This document shows positions 17,901 through 27,190 of a DNA stretch of 34,616 nucleotides, one piece after another. The stretch's first letter is position 1. Each line of letters begins with the position of its first letter. Made by a program: the position numbers and the translations under genes. This DNA is from Smithellaceae bacterium (GTDB lineage: Bacteria > Desulfobacterota > Syntrophia > Syntrophales > Smithellaceae), in assembly GCA_046484315.1 (NCBI GenBank), contig JAWOJC010000168.1, positions 1-34,616 of the forward strand, in the 5' to 3' direction. The notes below the pieces were generated by a model. The model saw only the letters and a list, made by a program, of their open reading frames with translations. It had not been told where the DNA came from and ran no database searches.

Positions 17901-19113
17901 CGATGATCAGATCAGCGTTGATGATGCGGCCGATAAATTTCCGGCCCGAACCGGTGGCGCCGACGCCGTCAAAGATGAACTCACAGGCCTGTGTGCTGCC
18001 GATATGGTCAAGGGTCTCTAAAAGCGCCTGGACGGCTTTCACCGGCTGACCCGATGTTTGTGTGTAAAGTCCCGCGATCACGTCATTTTGACCGTTGATT
18101 AAAACCGCCTTGGTGCTGGTCGATCCGATGTCGATGCCCAGATAAACACGGAGCCTCGGCAAAAGAGGCTGATAAAGGTCCACTTCAACGGCTGTATGGC
18201 CGTTTGCGGGTTGATACATCCGGCTGGATTCGGTGGTAAAAGCCGGGTAATGAGAAAGCGAAAGCTTAAGCGGCGGGTAGCCGTATGTCTTTTCTTTTTT
18301 CTCCACCGCGAAAAGTTCACGCCAGGATTCCGCATTCATCGGTGCGGGTTTTGTTTCCTCCAGATACAGCAATGCCGCGCCGATGGCGCCGTAGAGCTGG
18401 CTGTGTTCACCGATGACGGGGTCGGTCTGCAAAAGACGGGTGAAATGTTTGACCACGGCGGAATTCATGGAGACGCCGCCCGCCAAAATAAGCGGCGTAA
18501 GGATGTTCGAATCGGGAATGAGGGTGTCGATGACATTTTTAGCCAGGCCTTCACAAAGACCGTCGCTGATCTGGCCTACGGAATAGCCTTCCTGTTGGGC
18601 GTGAATCAGATCGGTTTTGGCGAACACCGCGCAGCGCGTGGCGATTTTCGGCGTGTTGCTCTGGTTGCAAAATGCCACCGTGCTGAGCGTTTCAATGCTT
18701 TTGAGATTGAGGCGTTTGGCCTGCTGATCCAGAAAGCTGCCGGTTCCGGCGGCGCAGGAAGAGCTTGACCGGAAGCGTTCATAGTCGCCTTTTTCGTTAA
18801 ACGTGATCAGTCCGAAATTTTCGCCGCCCACGAATAAAATGCTTCCGACGCCCTCATGATATTTTTTGACGGCTGCAATCATGGCAATCTGCGTGTCGTA
18901 ACGGGGAACATCTTCGAAAATATCGGGGCCGGATTGTGTCATGGCGATGCCGCCGATTTCAGCAATGTCAACATCGACGAGCATCGCAAGCAGTGTGTCG
19001 GCGATGGCCCCCTGATGAAATTGATATGATTTATTAACGATGGCACCTTGTCCGTCCATGACCACCAATGACAGCGCGACCGAGCCTATGTCTATTCCTA
19101 AAATGTGCAGCAT
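14908..19113 (-). CDS. Acyl-CoA dehydratase activase fusion (two BadF/BcrAD-type ATPase domains plus DUF2229/dehydratase-like domains)
   Basis: Two 'GIDIGS' ASKHA motifs, two 'CAAGTGSF' and 'RCAVF/RCTVF' [4Fe-4S] ligand sets, CxxCxNxC linker, and C-terminal 'EFCAP', 'SFKCSPD', 'ELDEH..G..TRIEA'. Confidence 0.9.
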   Translation of the reverse strand: MLHILGIDIGSVALSLVVMDGQGAIVNKSYQFHQGAIADTLLAMLVDVDIAEIGGIAMTQSGPDIFEDVPRYDTQIAMIAAVKKYHEGVGSILFVGGENFGLITFNEKGDYERFRSSSSCAAGTGSFLDQQAKRLNLKSIETLSTVAFCNQSNTPKIATRCAVFAKTDLIHAQQEGYSVGQISDGLCEGLAKNVIDTLIPDSNILTPLILAGGVSMNSAVVKHFTRLLQTDPVIGEHSQLYGAIGAALLYLEETKPAPMNAESWRELFAVEKKEKTYGYPPLKLSLSHYPAFTTESSRMYQPANGHTAVEVDLYQPLLPRLRVYLGIDIGSTSTKAVLINGQNDVIAGLYTQTSGQPVKAVQALLETLDHIGSTQACEFIFDGVGATGSGRKFIGRIINADLIIDEITAHARAAYELNHEADTIIEIGGQDAKFTTMKNGMVTSSVMNNVCAAGTGSFIEEQAVKLGITLAEYAGRALYTPAPVSSDRCTVFMERDINNYLTEGYTVNEVLASVLHSVCENYLAKVAVEANIGQSVCFQGATARNQALVAAFEHRLKKPVFVSKFCHLTGALGSALILAETNVRDSSFRGLSLYHENIPVENEVCELCHNNCKINKVTVQGETVAFGFLCGRDYDTKHYVGKTKKQYDLIKERSLVFPLPKKPASYKKSVKIGIPNALYLAEEMPLWKHFFATLGVETVTSEGMKNAIKAGKKLAGAEFCAPMNAFFGHVQYLTDKCDYIFLPIYLEASRQKDDVFRFYCYYTQFASTLAAGIKTLRTRNKTIMPVIDHASFQSRIELFSILKSILNTGYWEIYNAYEAALAFFNEGCANLQNVYARERPATGEISVALLGRPYAIMQRSMNKGIPDIFSALSVKTFYQDMLPSDTEDLSEIAPLLKRMHWNYAARILKAALHIARTPGLYPVYVTSFKCSPDSFTLDYFKRIMDRYGKPYLILELDEHDSNVGYETRIEAAIRSFNNHHQNKNLRLVTSRVLPLNSESSDKIKGKTLLFPCFDPISSKLLEAVFIKEGIDTRMVPLTEKMIQRGLRTNTGQCLPVNLIAQSYMDYIEENLLDPAQTIGWSFDSHIACNIRLYPQLIKGIMEAAGNGMEKVEMYVGKLTLSDISMQASIEAYFAHMFGGMLRKIGCRIRPYEKEKGLTDKVIAQSINILYNTFLGGRSKDDDLTRVINLFNRIETVPGRRPKVAIFGDMYARDNDVFNQDLIHCIEAYGGEVITTPFNEFAKLIAGPYMRRWFLEGEFMDVIFAKTVIALVNQLEKSYYKIFNDLLREPVLESNIDYKAVYDHFHLTLQHFGESADNLLKITAQKNHYPDISLFVQTNPAFCCAGLVTEAMAARIEEYTGVPVVTLNYDGTGKNINSRISPYIRFPRGQAKDLQRMQPSST

Positions 19114-19193
19114 GCATGAACCTCTTTATTTGATATGAAAAAGATCATGCCGTGTTTCATCAGGTTCGTCAATATGCAAAAAGGATAAACCGG

Positions 19194-20393
19194 TCAGGGC
19201 AGGGGGGATGTGGCTGAAGGTCCCGGCGCATGCGTCTTTTTATAGAAGATGTTACCGGTCATCATGATGATGATGGTGATAAAAATAACCTGGCTGATGA
19301 TGCCTTCATTCATGAAAGGCAGCATCATGGATTCAGGAATGCTTAGAAAAAGCAAAATAGTGATCAGGCCGCGAGGCGCGAAAAAAAGCAGTGGGCTGAG
19401 TGAATGGCGGGTGCCCAGAAGGAACAGTGCGCGGATCAGGAGGATGCAAAAGACAATGAACAGAGAAAGGGTCACGTTTTTTAAATTGAGCAGGTCGGCT
19501 ATGCTTGTGTAATAGCCGAAAAGAATGAAGAAGAATGAGCGGATGACAAATGAAATTTCGCCGGTGATGTAACGGAAGGAAGTGAGCTCCGTTATGAAAT
19601 CGTCAAAGTTGATGAATCGCGTCGGCAGTTTGTTTTTGAAAAAATGCGTGTTGTTCATGATCAGTCCGAAAATCAGCACCACCAGCAGTGACGGCATGTG
19701 AATTAATTTGGCGGACGCGTAGACCAGAACAATGGCGGTCATGATGACGATGTATTTAACGGAATGATTGATTTTGTGCAGCAGGACTGCCAAACCGGTG
19801 CTGAGCAATATGGATGCGATCACGGTGACGATCAGCTCGGCGATAAAGCCGATGACACCGACGCCGATGGATCCCTTGCCGAGAAGAACGAAATCAAAGA
19901 CAAGAATACCGATGATGACGGATATCGCGCTTTCATACGTGATAAATTCCCTGTCCCGTAAGGAAAGATTCCCGGCGGCGGATATTGCGACCGTGCTGCT
20001 GATCACGGCCAGAGGAATGCTGTTGAGCATTGACGGCCTTATATCAAGGTTGAGAAAGGATACGCAAATCCAGGTGAACAAACCGACAAATACGAAAAAA
20101 AGAAGCAGCGCAGAAGCGATGGAAGCTAGAATCAAATTGCGTTTGTCGGCACTGATCGAAAGATCGAGGCTGCTTTCCAAAACGACCAGGATCAGACCCA
20201 GCGTGCCCATGAAAGGAAGCATCACAGACAGGTTGGGAACATGGATACCGAAAAAATCCGCCAGAACGTTGATGGCCATGCCTGTGAGAATCAAAAGGAT
20301 CACGCCCGGTATCTTTGTGTATTTGCTGGTGATATCAAATATATAGGATAGGATGATAATGACGCAAAAAATGATGAGCAAATAATCGGTCAT
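19194..20393 (-). CDS. Cation:proton antiporter (CPA1/NhaP-like)
   Basis: About 12-13 TM helices with 'GTLGLILVVLE', 'YESAIS' and 'APRGLITILLF'. Start ATG 20393 after GGGAG. Confidence 0.82.
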   Translation of the reverse strand: MTDYLLIIFCVIIILSYIFDITSKYTKIPGVILLILTGMAINVLADFFGIHVPNLSVMLPFMGTLGLILVVLESSLDLSISADKRNLILASIASALLLFFVFVGLFTWICVSFLNLDIRPSMLNSIPLAVISSTVAISAAGNLSLRDREFITYESAISVIIGILVFDFVLLGKGSIGVGVIGFIAELIVTVIASILLSTGLAVLLHKINHSVKYIVIMTAIVLVYASAKLIHMPSLLVVLIFGLIMNNTHFFKNKLPTRFINFDDFITELTSFRYITGEISFVIRSFFFILFGYYTSIADLLNLKNVTLSLFIVFCILLIRALFLLGTRHSLSPLLFFAPRGLITILLFLSIPESMMLPFMNEGIISQVIFITIIIMMTGNIFYKKTHAPGPSATSPLP

Positions 20394-20528
20394 GAGGCTC
20401 CCGCCGGTGGATTCAAAAAAAGGTTGATGTGTTGCCGACACGCAACGGGAGACTAGCACAGGTTTTGGCAAAATGCAGTTAAAAAGAAAAAACAAAAGAA
20501 GGACAATCTATTCCAATGAGGTCTGACA

Positions 20529-22139
20529 CTACCTTTTGCCCATGTGCAAAATACCCTTGGTAATATTGCACAGGTGATTATTGAGCCTTTCGATATCCGT
20601 CAGGATGTCGTTGTAGACCAGGCCGGCATTGCTGATGCAGATCGCGTTTTCAAGACGTTTGATGTGGTTGTACTTATATGTGGAGATCAGCTCATCGATT
20701 TCCTTTTCGATTTTCAGACTGATACTGGCCGAATCCTGGTCGTTGAATTCCATCGCTTTCCGGGTGTGTCTGGACAGGGCTTCCGTTTTGTCAAAAAGTT
20801 TTTCGAGTTCTCTGGTTGCGTCGTCGGAAAATTTCAGATCATTTTCATAGGCCCGCTGCGACAACAAGACGATGCCTTCACAGTAATCGCCGACCTTTTC
20901 CAGATCGTTCACACTGTGCAACAGGGCGGGAATCAACCGGGAGTATTTTTCCGGCAGTTCATTTTGGGTGATTTCAACCAGATATTCAGTGATGTCTTTT
21001 TGCATTTCGTCAACGGATTCTTCGTCGAGCGCAATCTCGTTGCGCAGTTTGTGATCGTAAGCGGTGGTGCATAATCTGGCCTTGCGCAGCATCTCCATAC
21101 AGGTATCCAGCATGACCACCATCTGGTTGATCACCGCGCGGATGGCCAGATGCGGGACTGTGAGCAGGTTCTTGTCGAGGTACTTTGCCTCTTTCTTGGT
21201 GTAATCCTCCCCGGGGATGATTTTGGTCATCAAAAAAACAAAGAAGGGAATGATGGGAAGAAAAATGATGGTGTTGATGACATTGAAAAAAGTATGCGTA
21301 TTGGCAACCTGTCTTGCGACATCGGCGGACAACAAAGGCACATATTTTAAGTACAGGGGCGCCATGATCACGGCGATAAACGTTCCTGCTATGTTGAAAA
21401 GCGTATTGCCCCATGCCAGACGTTTACTCGAAAGGTTACCCCCGATGCTGGCCAGGATACCGGTGATGCAGGTTCCGATGTTTGTCCCAAAGATCAGATA
21501 GATCGAGGTGGGAAGGTCCATCAGGCCTGCCGAGGCAAAAGCGATGATCATACCGGTTGTGGTGCTGGAGCTTTGAAATACGACGGTGACCAAAAGACCC
21601 GTCAAGACACCGAGAACCGGGTATTTACCGAAGGTGACCAGTGCGTTTTTGGCGGCTTCATTGCCGGAAAGCGGCGCGACGGCCATGCTCATCATCGCCA
21701 GACCCAAAAACAGCATGCCGAAGCCCAGAATCACAAGTCCTTTATTCTTTTCCTTTATTTTTTTGGCAAAGAAAAAATAAGCGGTGCCAATAAAGACGAA
21801 CACCGGCGCAATCGCCGTCAATTTAAAGGCGATCAACTGGGCCGTGATGGTTGTGCCGATGTTGGCGCCGATCATAATGGCCATGGCTGCGCCTAAAGAC
21901 AGGATGCTCGCGTTTAAAAAACCGATCAGAATGACGGAAGTGGCCGAAGAGCTCTGGATGAGGGCCGTCACGGTTATACCGACGATCATCGATTTAAAGC
22001 GATTGGAGGTGATTTTTTCGAGAAGGTTTTTCAAAAGGCCCAGCGACAATTTCTTGAGCGAATCGCTCAAAAGAAACATGCCGTAAATGAAGAGCCCCAA
22101 ACCGCCTATCAAACCGACAATTACACTGAAGTATTCCAT
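20529..22139 (-). CDS. Na+/Pi cotransporter family protein with C-terminal PhoU domains
   Basis: Two QSSS repeats, 'GANIGTT' and 'GTNIGTC', PhoU-like 'DLEKVGDY' and 'DIERLNNH'. Confidence 0.92.
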   Translation of the reverse strand: MEYFSVIVGLIGGLGLFIYGMFLLSDSLKKLSLGLLKNLLEKITSNRFKSMIVGITVTALIQSSSATSVILIGFLNASILSLGAAMAIMIGANIGTTITAQLIAFKLTAIAPVFVFIGTAYFFFAKKIKEKNKGLVILGFGMLFLGLAMMSMAVAPLSGNEAAKNALVTFGKYPVLGVLTGLLVTVVFQSSSTTTGMIIAFASAGLMDLPTSIYLIFGTNIGTCITGILASIGGNLSSKRLAWGNTLFNIAGTFIAVIMAPLYLKYVPLLSADVARQVANTHTFFNVINTIIFLPIIPFFVFLMTKIIPGEDYTKKEAKYLDKNLLTVPHLAIRAVINQMVVMLDTCMEMLRKARLCTTAYDHKLRNEIALDEESVDEMQKDITEYLVEITQNELPEKYSRLIPALLHSVNDLEKVGDYCEGIVLLSQRAYENDLKFSDDATRELEKLFDKTEALSRHTRKAMEFNDQDSASISLKIEKEIDELISTYKYNHIKRLENAICISNAGLVYNDILTDIERLNNHLCNITKGILHMGKR

Positions 22140-22180
22140 ATTATTGGCCTTTTATAAATGCTTCGGTCAAAACTGCGCGG

Positions 22181-22209
22181 AGTATAGGAAAGAGAATCCC
22201 TGCTGTCAA
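22181..22209 (-). promoter_or_regulatory. Sigma70 promoter of the Na/Pi cotransporter gene
   Basis: Minus strand TTGACA-N17-TATACT. Confidence 0.8.
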
Positions 22210-22316
22210 GAGCAATCAGAAATCATGAAGTATTTTAGTATGCTATAAGATATCCGGTTGCCTCGATCACTCTTTTAGATTAAGGTGCCGCATTGCCTTA
22301 TTCAGGAGAAGAAAAA

Positions 22317-23219
22317 ATGATCCGGCATCTAAAAAACAGAAATGTTATTTTTCTTTTGGCCATTCTCTGCGGGCTGATCGTGCCGCAACCGTCCGAATGG
22401 ACAAAACTGTTCATGCTGCCTTCGCTTGCTGTGGTTATGACGCTTGCAACCATTCAGGTACCCAATCATTATTTCCTGAAACCCAAAGCGATCTTGGGGC
22501 CTTCTCTAATCGGCATTTTCATGACCTATATCGTTCTGGGCGGGGTGATTCTCGCGGCAACGGCTTTATTTGTCAGCGATCCGAACATCCGGATCGGTTT
22601 TATTCTGATTGCGGCCGTGCCGCCCGCCGTGGCCGTTATTCCCTTTACCGCGATTCTGGACGGCAATGTCACCGACACTCTTTCAGGTACTGTGGCCTCC
22701 TACCTTGCCGGTCTGATCGTTATGCCCGTCGTCTTCTGGCTTTTCATAGGAACCGGTTTTACCGATCCCTGGAAGCTCCTTCAGATCATGCTGATATTAA
22801 TTGTCCTGCCTCTGATCCTTTCACGGGGTATTCTCTATTTTCGCCTTCAGGACCGGATCGCGCCGGTGCGCGGATTAGTGACCGATTGGGGATTTTTTAT
22901 TGTTTTGTACTCGATGATCGGCGTCAATCGCGACTTGATTTTCAGCTCGCCTGGGCTGGTCCTGCCGGCGATTCTTATCGCGTTCATATCGACATTTCTA
23001 CTGGGGGTTCTCATAGAAAAAGCAGGTGCGCTGTTTGCGATTGAAGCGAAGAAGGTCATCAGTCTGAAGCTTCTGGGCACCCTGAAAAACCAGGGCATCG
23101 CGGGCGGTCTGGCCATCGTGCTGTTTGTAGAAGAAGCGGCCCTGCCGTCGGCCGTCTACAGCATCTTTATGATTCTATATATCCTGTGGCTGGATTGGCG
23201 AAAAAAGCGTGAGGCGTAA
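22317..23219 (+). CDS. Bile acid:sodium symporter (BASS) family transporter
   Basis: About 10 TM helices with 'AAVPPAVAV', 'LDGN' and 'GTLKNQGIA'. AGGAG RBS before ATG 22317. Confidence 0.75.
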   Translation: MIRHLKNRNVIFLLAILCGLIVPQPSEWTKLFMLPSLAVVMTLATIQVPNHYFLKPKAILGPSLIGIFMTYIVLGGVILAATALFVSDPNIRIGFILIAAVPPAVAVIPFTAILDGNVTDTLSGTVASYLAGLIVMPVVFWLFIGTGFTDPWKLLQIMLILIVLPLILSRGILYFRLQDRIAPVRGLVTDWGFFIVLYSMIGVNRDLIFSSPGLVLPAILIAFISTFLLGVLIEKAGALFAIEAKKVISLKLLGTLKNQGIAGGLAIVLFVEEAALPSAVYSIFMILYILWLDWRKKREA

Positions 23220-23265
23220 AGCAAAACGAATAAAGCCATATCACGAAAATCATTCATAATGAAAA

Positions 23266-23305
23266 ATAGAAAAGCCCGGAAGGGAACCCCCGCCGGGCAT
23301 TCTAT
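23266..23305 (-). terminator. Intrinsic terminator of the aminotransferase (possibly bidirectional)
   Basis: GCCCGG...CCGGGC stem followed on the minus strand by TTTTCTATTTT, between convergent genes. Confidence 0.7.
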
Positions 23306-23322
23306 GAGCTATCAGCTATGAA

Positions 23323-24567
23323 CTACGCGCCATACTCCGCAGAAGCCAGTTTTACGCAAACGGCCAACACCTCGATGGCTTTTTCCAGTTCGGCAACCGG
23401 AGGGCGAGTCGGCGAAATCCGGATATTGGCATCTTTCGGGTCTTGGCCGAAAGGAAATGTCGCACCCGCCGGCGTGATCGCCACGCCCGCTTCCTTGCAT
23501 AAGGCCACCGCGCGCCTCGCGACCGGTTTGGTTGTATCCAGGCTGATGAAATAGCCGCCCTGCGGGTTTGTCCAGGTTGCCAGCCCGGTGCCGTCCAGTT
23601 CGCGACAGAGCACTTTGTGCGCGATGTCGAATTTCGGTTTCAGGATTTTGGCATGTTCCTTCATCAGACCGGTCACGCCACCCGGATAGGCATTTAAAAA
23701 TTTCACATGCCGCAACTGTTCAACTTTATTGGGGCCGATGAACATGGTGCCGAAAAGCTTCGAAACGTAGGCCAAATTCGATGTGCTGGTTGCCATGAAT
23801 CCTAGGCCTGCGCTGGAAAAGGTGATTTTGGACGTGGAGCTGAACAGGTAAACACGGTTGGGGTTTCCCGCTTCCTCGCAGGCTCTGAGCAGGTTTTTGG
23901 GTTTTGCGGGCTGATCCACCAGGTGATGGACGACATAGGCGTCATCGGCAAAAATGGTGAAATCCGGTGCTGCCGTTTTCATAGCGGCCAGCCTTGTGAC
24001 GGTTTCATCGGAGAGCGTATCCCCTGTGGGGTTGGAGTAGGTAGGCACAAACAGGATGCCTTTGACGGATGCGTCCGTGGCTGCGATTTTTTCAACGGCA
24101 TCCATATCCGGTCCGGCAGGCGTCATCCGAACCTGAATCATTTCGAATCCCAGTTCAGACAGCAGCAAAAAGTGGCGGTCATAGCCGGGCACGGTGACAA
24201 TCATTTTCGGTTTGTCGATTTTACACCAGGGCTCCTTACTTTCGATCAGGCCCCGAAGCAATGCCCACATGAGCACTTTGGAGAGGATGAGCAGACTGGC
24301 GTTGTTGCCGACAAGCGTTTCTTCCGGCTTTGCGCCGAGCACCGAGGAAAACAAATTCCGTGCTTCGGGAAGTCCCAAAACGCCGCCCGGGTAGTTGCGA
24401 ACATCAAAACCGCTCTCTGTCATGATGTCTTTTTCAGTGACGATATTCAAAAGCGCATTCGATAGATTGAAGTTTTCATCTCCCGGCTGACCGCGTTCAA
24501 TATTCAATTTCAGACCCAGCCCTTTGAGGGATTCATAACGCAACTGCAAGTCCTTCAAGCTTTCCAT
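23323..24567 (-). CDS. PLP-dependent aminotransferase, class I/II fold (Rv3722c-like aspartate aminotransferase type)
   Basis: 'LNIERGQP', 'RNYPGG', 'VPGYDRHF', 'YSNPTG', 'DDAY', PLP lysine in 'STSKIT', 'GGYF'. GGAGG RBS before ATG 24567. Confidence 0.88.
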   Translation of the reverse strand: MESLKDLQLRYESLKGLGLKLNIERGQPGDENFNLSNALLNIVTEKDIMTESGFDVRNYPGGVLGLPEARNLFSSVLGAKPEETLVGNNASLLILSKVLMWALLRGLIESKEPWCKIDKPKMIVTVPGYDRHFLLLSELGFEMIQVRMTPAGPDMDAVEKIAATDASVKGILFVPTYSNPTGDTLSDETVTRLAAMKTAAPDFTIFADDAYVVHHLVDQPAKPKNLLRACEEAGNPNRVYLFSSTSKITFSSAGLGFMATSTSNLAYVSKLFGTMFIGPNKVEQLRHVKFLNAYPGGVTGLMKEHAKILKPKFDIAHKVLCRELDGTGLATWTNPQGGYFISLDTTKPVARRAVALCKEAGVAITPAGATFPFGQDPKDANIRISPTRPPVAELEKAIEVLAVCVKLASAEYGA

Positions 24568-24701
24568 ATAATGTAAAACCTCCCGTAAAGTCATGTCTTT
24601 AAACTGGCACTGCTCATGCGCAGAATTCTGAAAATTTGTCAATTATCATCTATGTTTTTCTGAGAAAATAAATGATCAGGACGTGATATGTTCAGAAGAA
24701 C

Positions 24702-25409
24702 TTATATTTTTTTCAAGTGCCGCAAAACAGACTTCAAAAGCGAGGCGCTGTGGCCGAGCTGGATGTAGGCTTCCTCTTTTGTGATATTCCTTGTTTCCGC
24801 ACGCAATTTGTAACCCAGCATGCGGCTGATGTTGGCAATACGCGCGATTTCACGGGCGAGGTCCGCTTCGAAATGCCCCGCCCTCAATGGGATGTCATAC
24901 ATGTGGGCGGCGATTTTATCCGCTTCTTCCCAGATCGTGGATTCCACAATACCGTCGGATGCATGATGGAATGACTTGTTAAAATCGTCATGCGCAATAT
25001 TATGCAGGGGTTGGGACAGATCGGCGATATAGTGGGCGCAGAAGACCAGATGATACTCGGCGTATTTGCCGGCCCGGATTGTCTTTTCGTAGGCGCGAAG
25101 CGATGCGAGAATTGCACCGTACAGATGCCCTTCCGCGTCGGTTCTTTTCCTTTGATTGTATCGGTTGATTTGACTGAACACCATTTCCGGTGTCACTTTC
25201 ACTTCCGCATCGTTGTTGTACCAGTGGTTATAGGTTTCAATATTGCCCGCCTTGATTTTGGCCAGATCAGGGCCTGCGGCATTGTACCAGGAATCCAACC
25301 CCCCGACTTTTGCAACCATCAGATGGGTATGATCATGCCAGGCCTGCGCAGGGGCGCAAAGGGTCATTAAAATGAGAACCATCAGAGTTTTTAAGATGAC
25401 GTGTTTCAT
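24702..25409 (-). CDS. Secreted S1/P1 nuclease / Zn-phospholipase C fold protein
   Basis: Signal peptide AQA followed by mature N-terminal W-H-D-H-T-H, 'AGPD', 'HW', 'HYIADLSQPLH', 'FH...D'. Confidence 0.82.
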   Translation of the reverse strand: MKHVILKTLMVLILMTLCAPAQAWHDHTHLMVAKVGGLDSWYNAAGPDLAKIKAGNIETYNHWYNNDAEVKVTPEMVFSQINRYNQRKRTDAEGHLYGAILASLRAYEKTIRAGKYAEYHLVFCAHYIADLSQPLHNIAHDDFNKSFHHASDGIVESTIWEEADKIAAHMYDIPLRAGHFEADLAREIARIANISRMLGYKLRAETRNITKEEAYIQLGHSASLLKSVLRHLKKI

Positions 25410-25437
25410 GTTTGTCCTTTGTTTGATTTGAGGGGGA

Positions 25438-26199
25438 CTATTTCATGCGACTGAAAAGAATGCTTCCCAAAACCAGCATGATCAAGGCGAAAAGCATGAT
25501 GATGCCGAGGTTCATGTAAAAGGGATGCACACTCATGCCCAGAAGCGCGCCGCGGACGCCGTCCACGGTATAGCTCAGCGGGTTTATTTTAACCAGTCCC
25601 GCAAGCCAGGAAGGCAGACGTTCATCCACAGGGAATAGCGCCCCGGATAGAAAGAAAAGTGGAAAGACCAGAAAAGCGGTGATGACCTGAAACCCCTCCA
25701 GGCTTTCCATCAAAGAGCCCAGGGCCAGACCCAGAGACACGAGAGCGATGGATGTAAAAAACAGAATCAGCAATGCCTGCGGGATCCCCCGTGGATCCAC
25801 CGAGGGGAAAAGAAAACAAAACGCAAAGAGAATGGTTACCTGTAAAAGGACGTCGGTGCAGCCGCCGATCACTTTGCCGAAAAAAATGCTGATCCGGGAG
25901 ACGGGAGCCACCAGGACGGCTTTGAGTACGTCAAGTTTCCTGTCCCAGATGATATACAGACCGAAAAAAACGGAGCCGAAGATGACCGACATGGTCAGGA
26001 TGCCGGGATAAATGTAGTCGCGATAGTTGACGTGCCCGACCGTGAGGGTGGCGCCAATGCCGCTGCCGAATAAGAAAAGCCACATCAAAGGCGAGATGAT
26101 GCTCGAAACGATCCGGCTTTTTTCGCGCCAGAAGACCTTGAATTCGCGCCACCAAACGGCGGAAATACCCATCAGTTCTCTGCGGATCAAATCGGACAT
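25438..26199 (-). CDS. ABC-2 type exporter permease (DrrB-like)
   Basis: 'YIYPGIL', 'IIWDRKL..LK..LVAPVSR', 'FFLSGALFP', 'INPLSYTVDGVR'. Confidence 0.92.
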   Translation of the reverse strand: MSDLIRRELMGISAVWWREFKVFWREKSRIVSSIISPLMWLFLFGSGIGATLTVGHVNYRDYIYPGILTMSVIFGSVFFGLYIIWDRKLDVLKAVLVAPVSRISIFFGKVIGGCTDVLLQVTILFAFCFLFPSVDPRGIPQALLILFFTSIALVSLGLALGSLMESLEGFQVITAFLVFPLFFLSGALFPVDERLPSWLAGLVKINPLSYTVDGVRGALLGMSVHPFYMNLGIIMLFALIMLVLGSILFSRMK

Positions 26200-27170
26200 T
26201 ACGTTCCCCTCTGGCGATAGCGCGCGACGGTTTCCACCCAGTCTTCGCCGCTCTCGACGTCGTCTTGACGAATGTCCCGTCCGGTGAGCTCAATGAAAAC
26301 GTCATTGAGCGTGGGTTTTCTCATTTCAACACTGGCCACGTCCGAAATCAAAGACAGGATTTCGGCCAGATGCAGGTGCGCCGATTTCATGGTGATTTCC
26401 ATCAGGTCGCCCGACGTCTTGACGCCGGATACATAGGGAAGCGCACGGATGGTTTCGACCGGCGGCTTCGGCGCCTGGATGGTGACAATATCGCCGCCCA
26501 GTTTGTCGATCATATTTTCGGGTGTGTCGAGCGCGATGATCCGTCCTGAGTCGATAATCCCGATGCGGTCGCACATCTGTTGGGCCTCTTCCATATAGTG
26601 TGTGGTCAGCACCACAGTGGTTTCTTCTTTTTGCGCCATTTTACGGATGTATTCCCAGGTGCGCGCTCTCGTTTGCGGATCAAGCCCCAGCGTGGGCTCA
26701 TCGAGAAACAACACCGACGGCCGGTGCAGCAGGCCGCGCGCCAGTTCGAGCCTGCGTTTCATGCCGCCGGAATAGGTGCGGGTCAGATCATCCGCGCGCT
26801 TGGTCAGGTCCACGAGATCAAGCATTTCATCAATCCATGCGTTTCTCACACGGGCGGGAATCGCGTACAGCCGGGCATGAAGCTGAAGGTTCTCACGGCC
26901 GGTCAGAATGGTGTCAAGCGTCGGGTCCTGAAAAACAATGCCGACTTTGCGCCGGACTTGTGTCGGATTTTGGGCAATATCAAAGCCCGCGATCACACCG
27001 CTGCCGGATGTCGGTCGTACAATGGTGCAAAGCATGCCGATAGTCGTGGTTTTGCCCGCGCCGTTGGGGCCCAGAAGGCCGAATATCTCGCCTTTGGCAA
27101 TATGCAGGTCAATGCCGCGCACAGCCTGAATCTTGCCAAACGTTTTCGTCAGGGCTCGGATTTCAATCAT
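26199..27170 (-). CDS. ABC exporter ATP-binding protein (DrrA family)
   Basis: Walker A GPNGAGKT, signature YSGGM, 'FLDEPTLGLD', 'TTHYMEEA'. Start MIEIR at 27170. Confidence 0.93.
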   Translation of the reverse strand: MIEIRALTKTFGKIQAVRGIDLHIAKGEIFGLLGPNGAGKTTTIGMLCTIVRPTSGSGVIAGFDIAQNPTQVRRKVGIVFQDPTLDTILTGRENLQLHARLYAIPARVRNAWIDEMLDLVDLTKRADDLTRTYSGGMKRRLELARGLLHRPSVLFLDEPTLGLDPQTRARTWEYIRKMAQKEETTVVLTTHYMEEAQQMCDRIGIIDSGRIIALDTPENMIDKLGGDIVTIQAPKPPVETIRALPYVSGVKTSGDLMEITMKSAHLHLAEILSLISDVASVEMRKPTLNDVFIELTGRDIRQDDVESGEDWVETVARYRQRGT

Positions 27171-27190
27171 GGATGTATGCGCCAATCTGT

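Noticed and set aside
15184-18768. Long + strand ORFs (141-290 aa) opposite the activase gene
   Set aside because: Antisense shadows of a well-supported gene, with no motifs or RBS.
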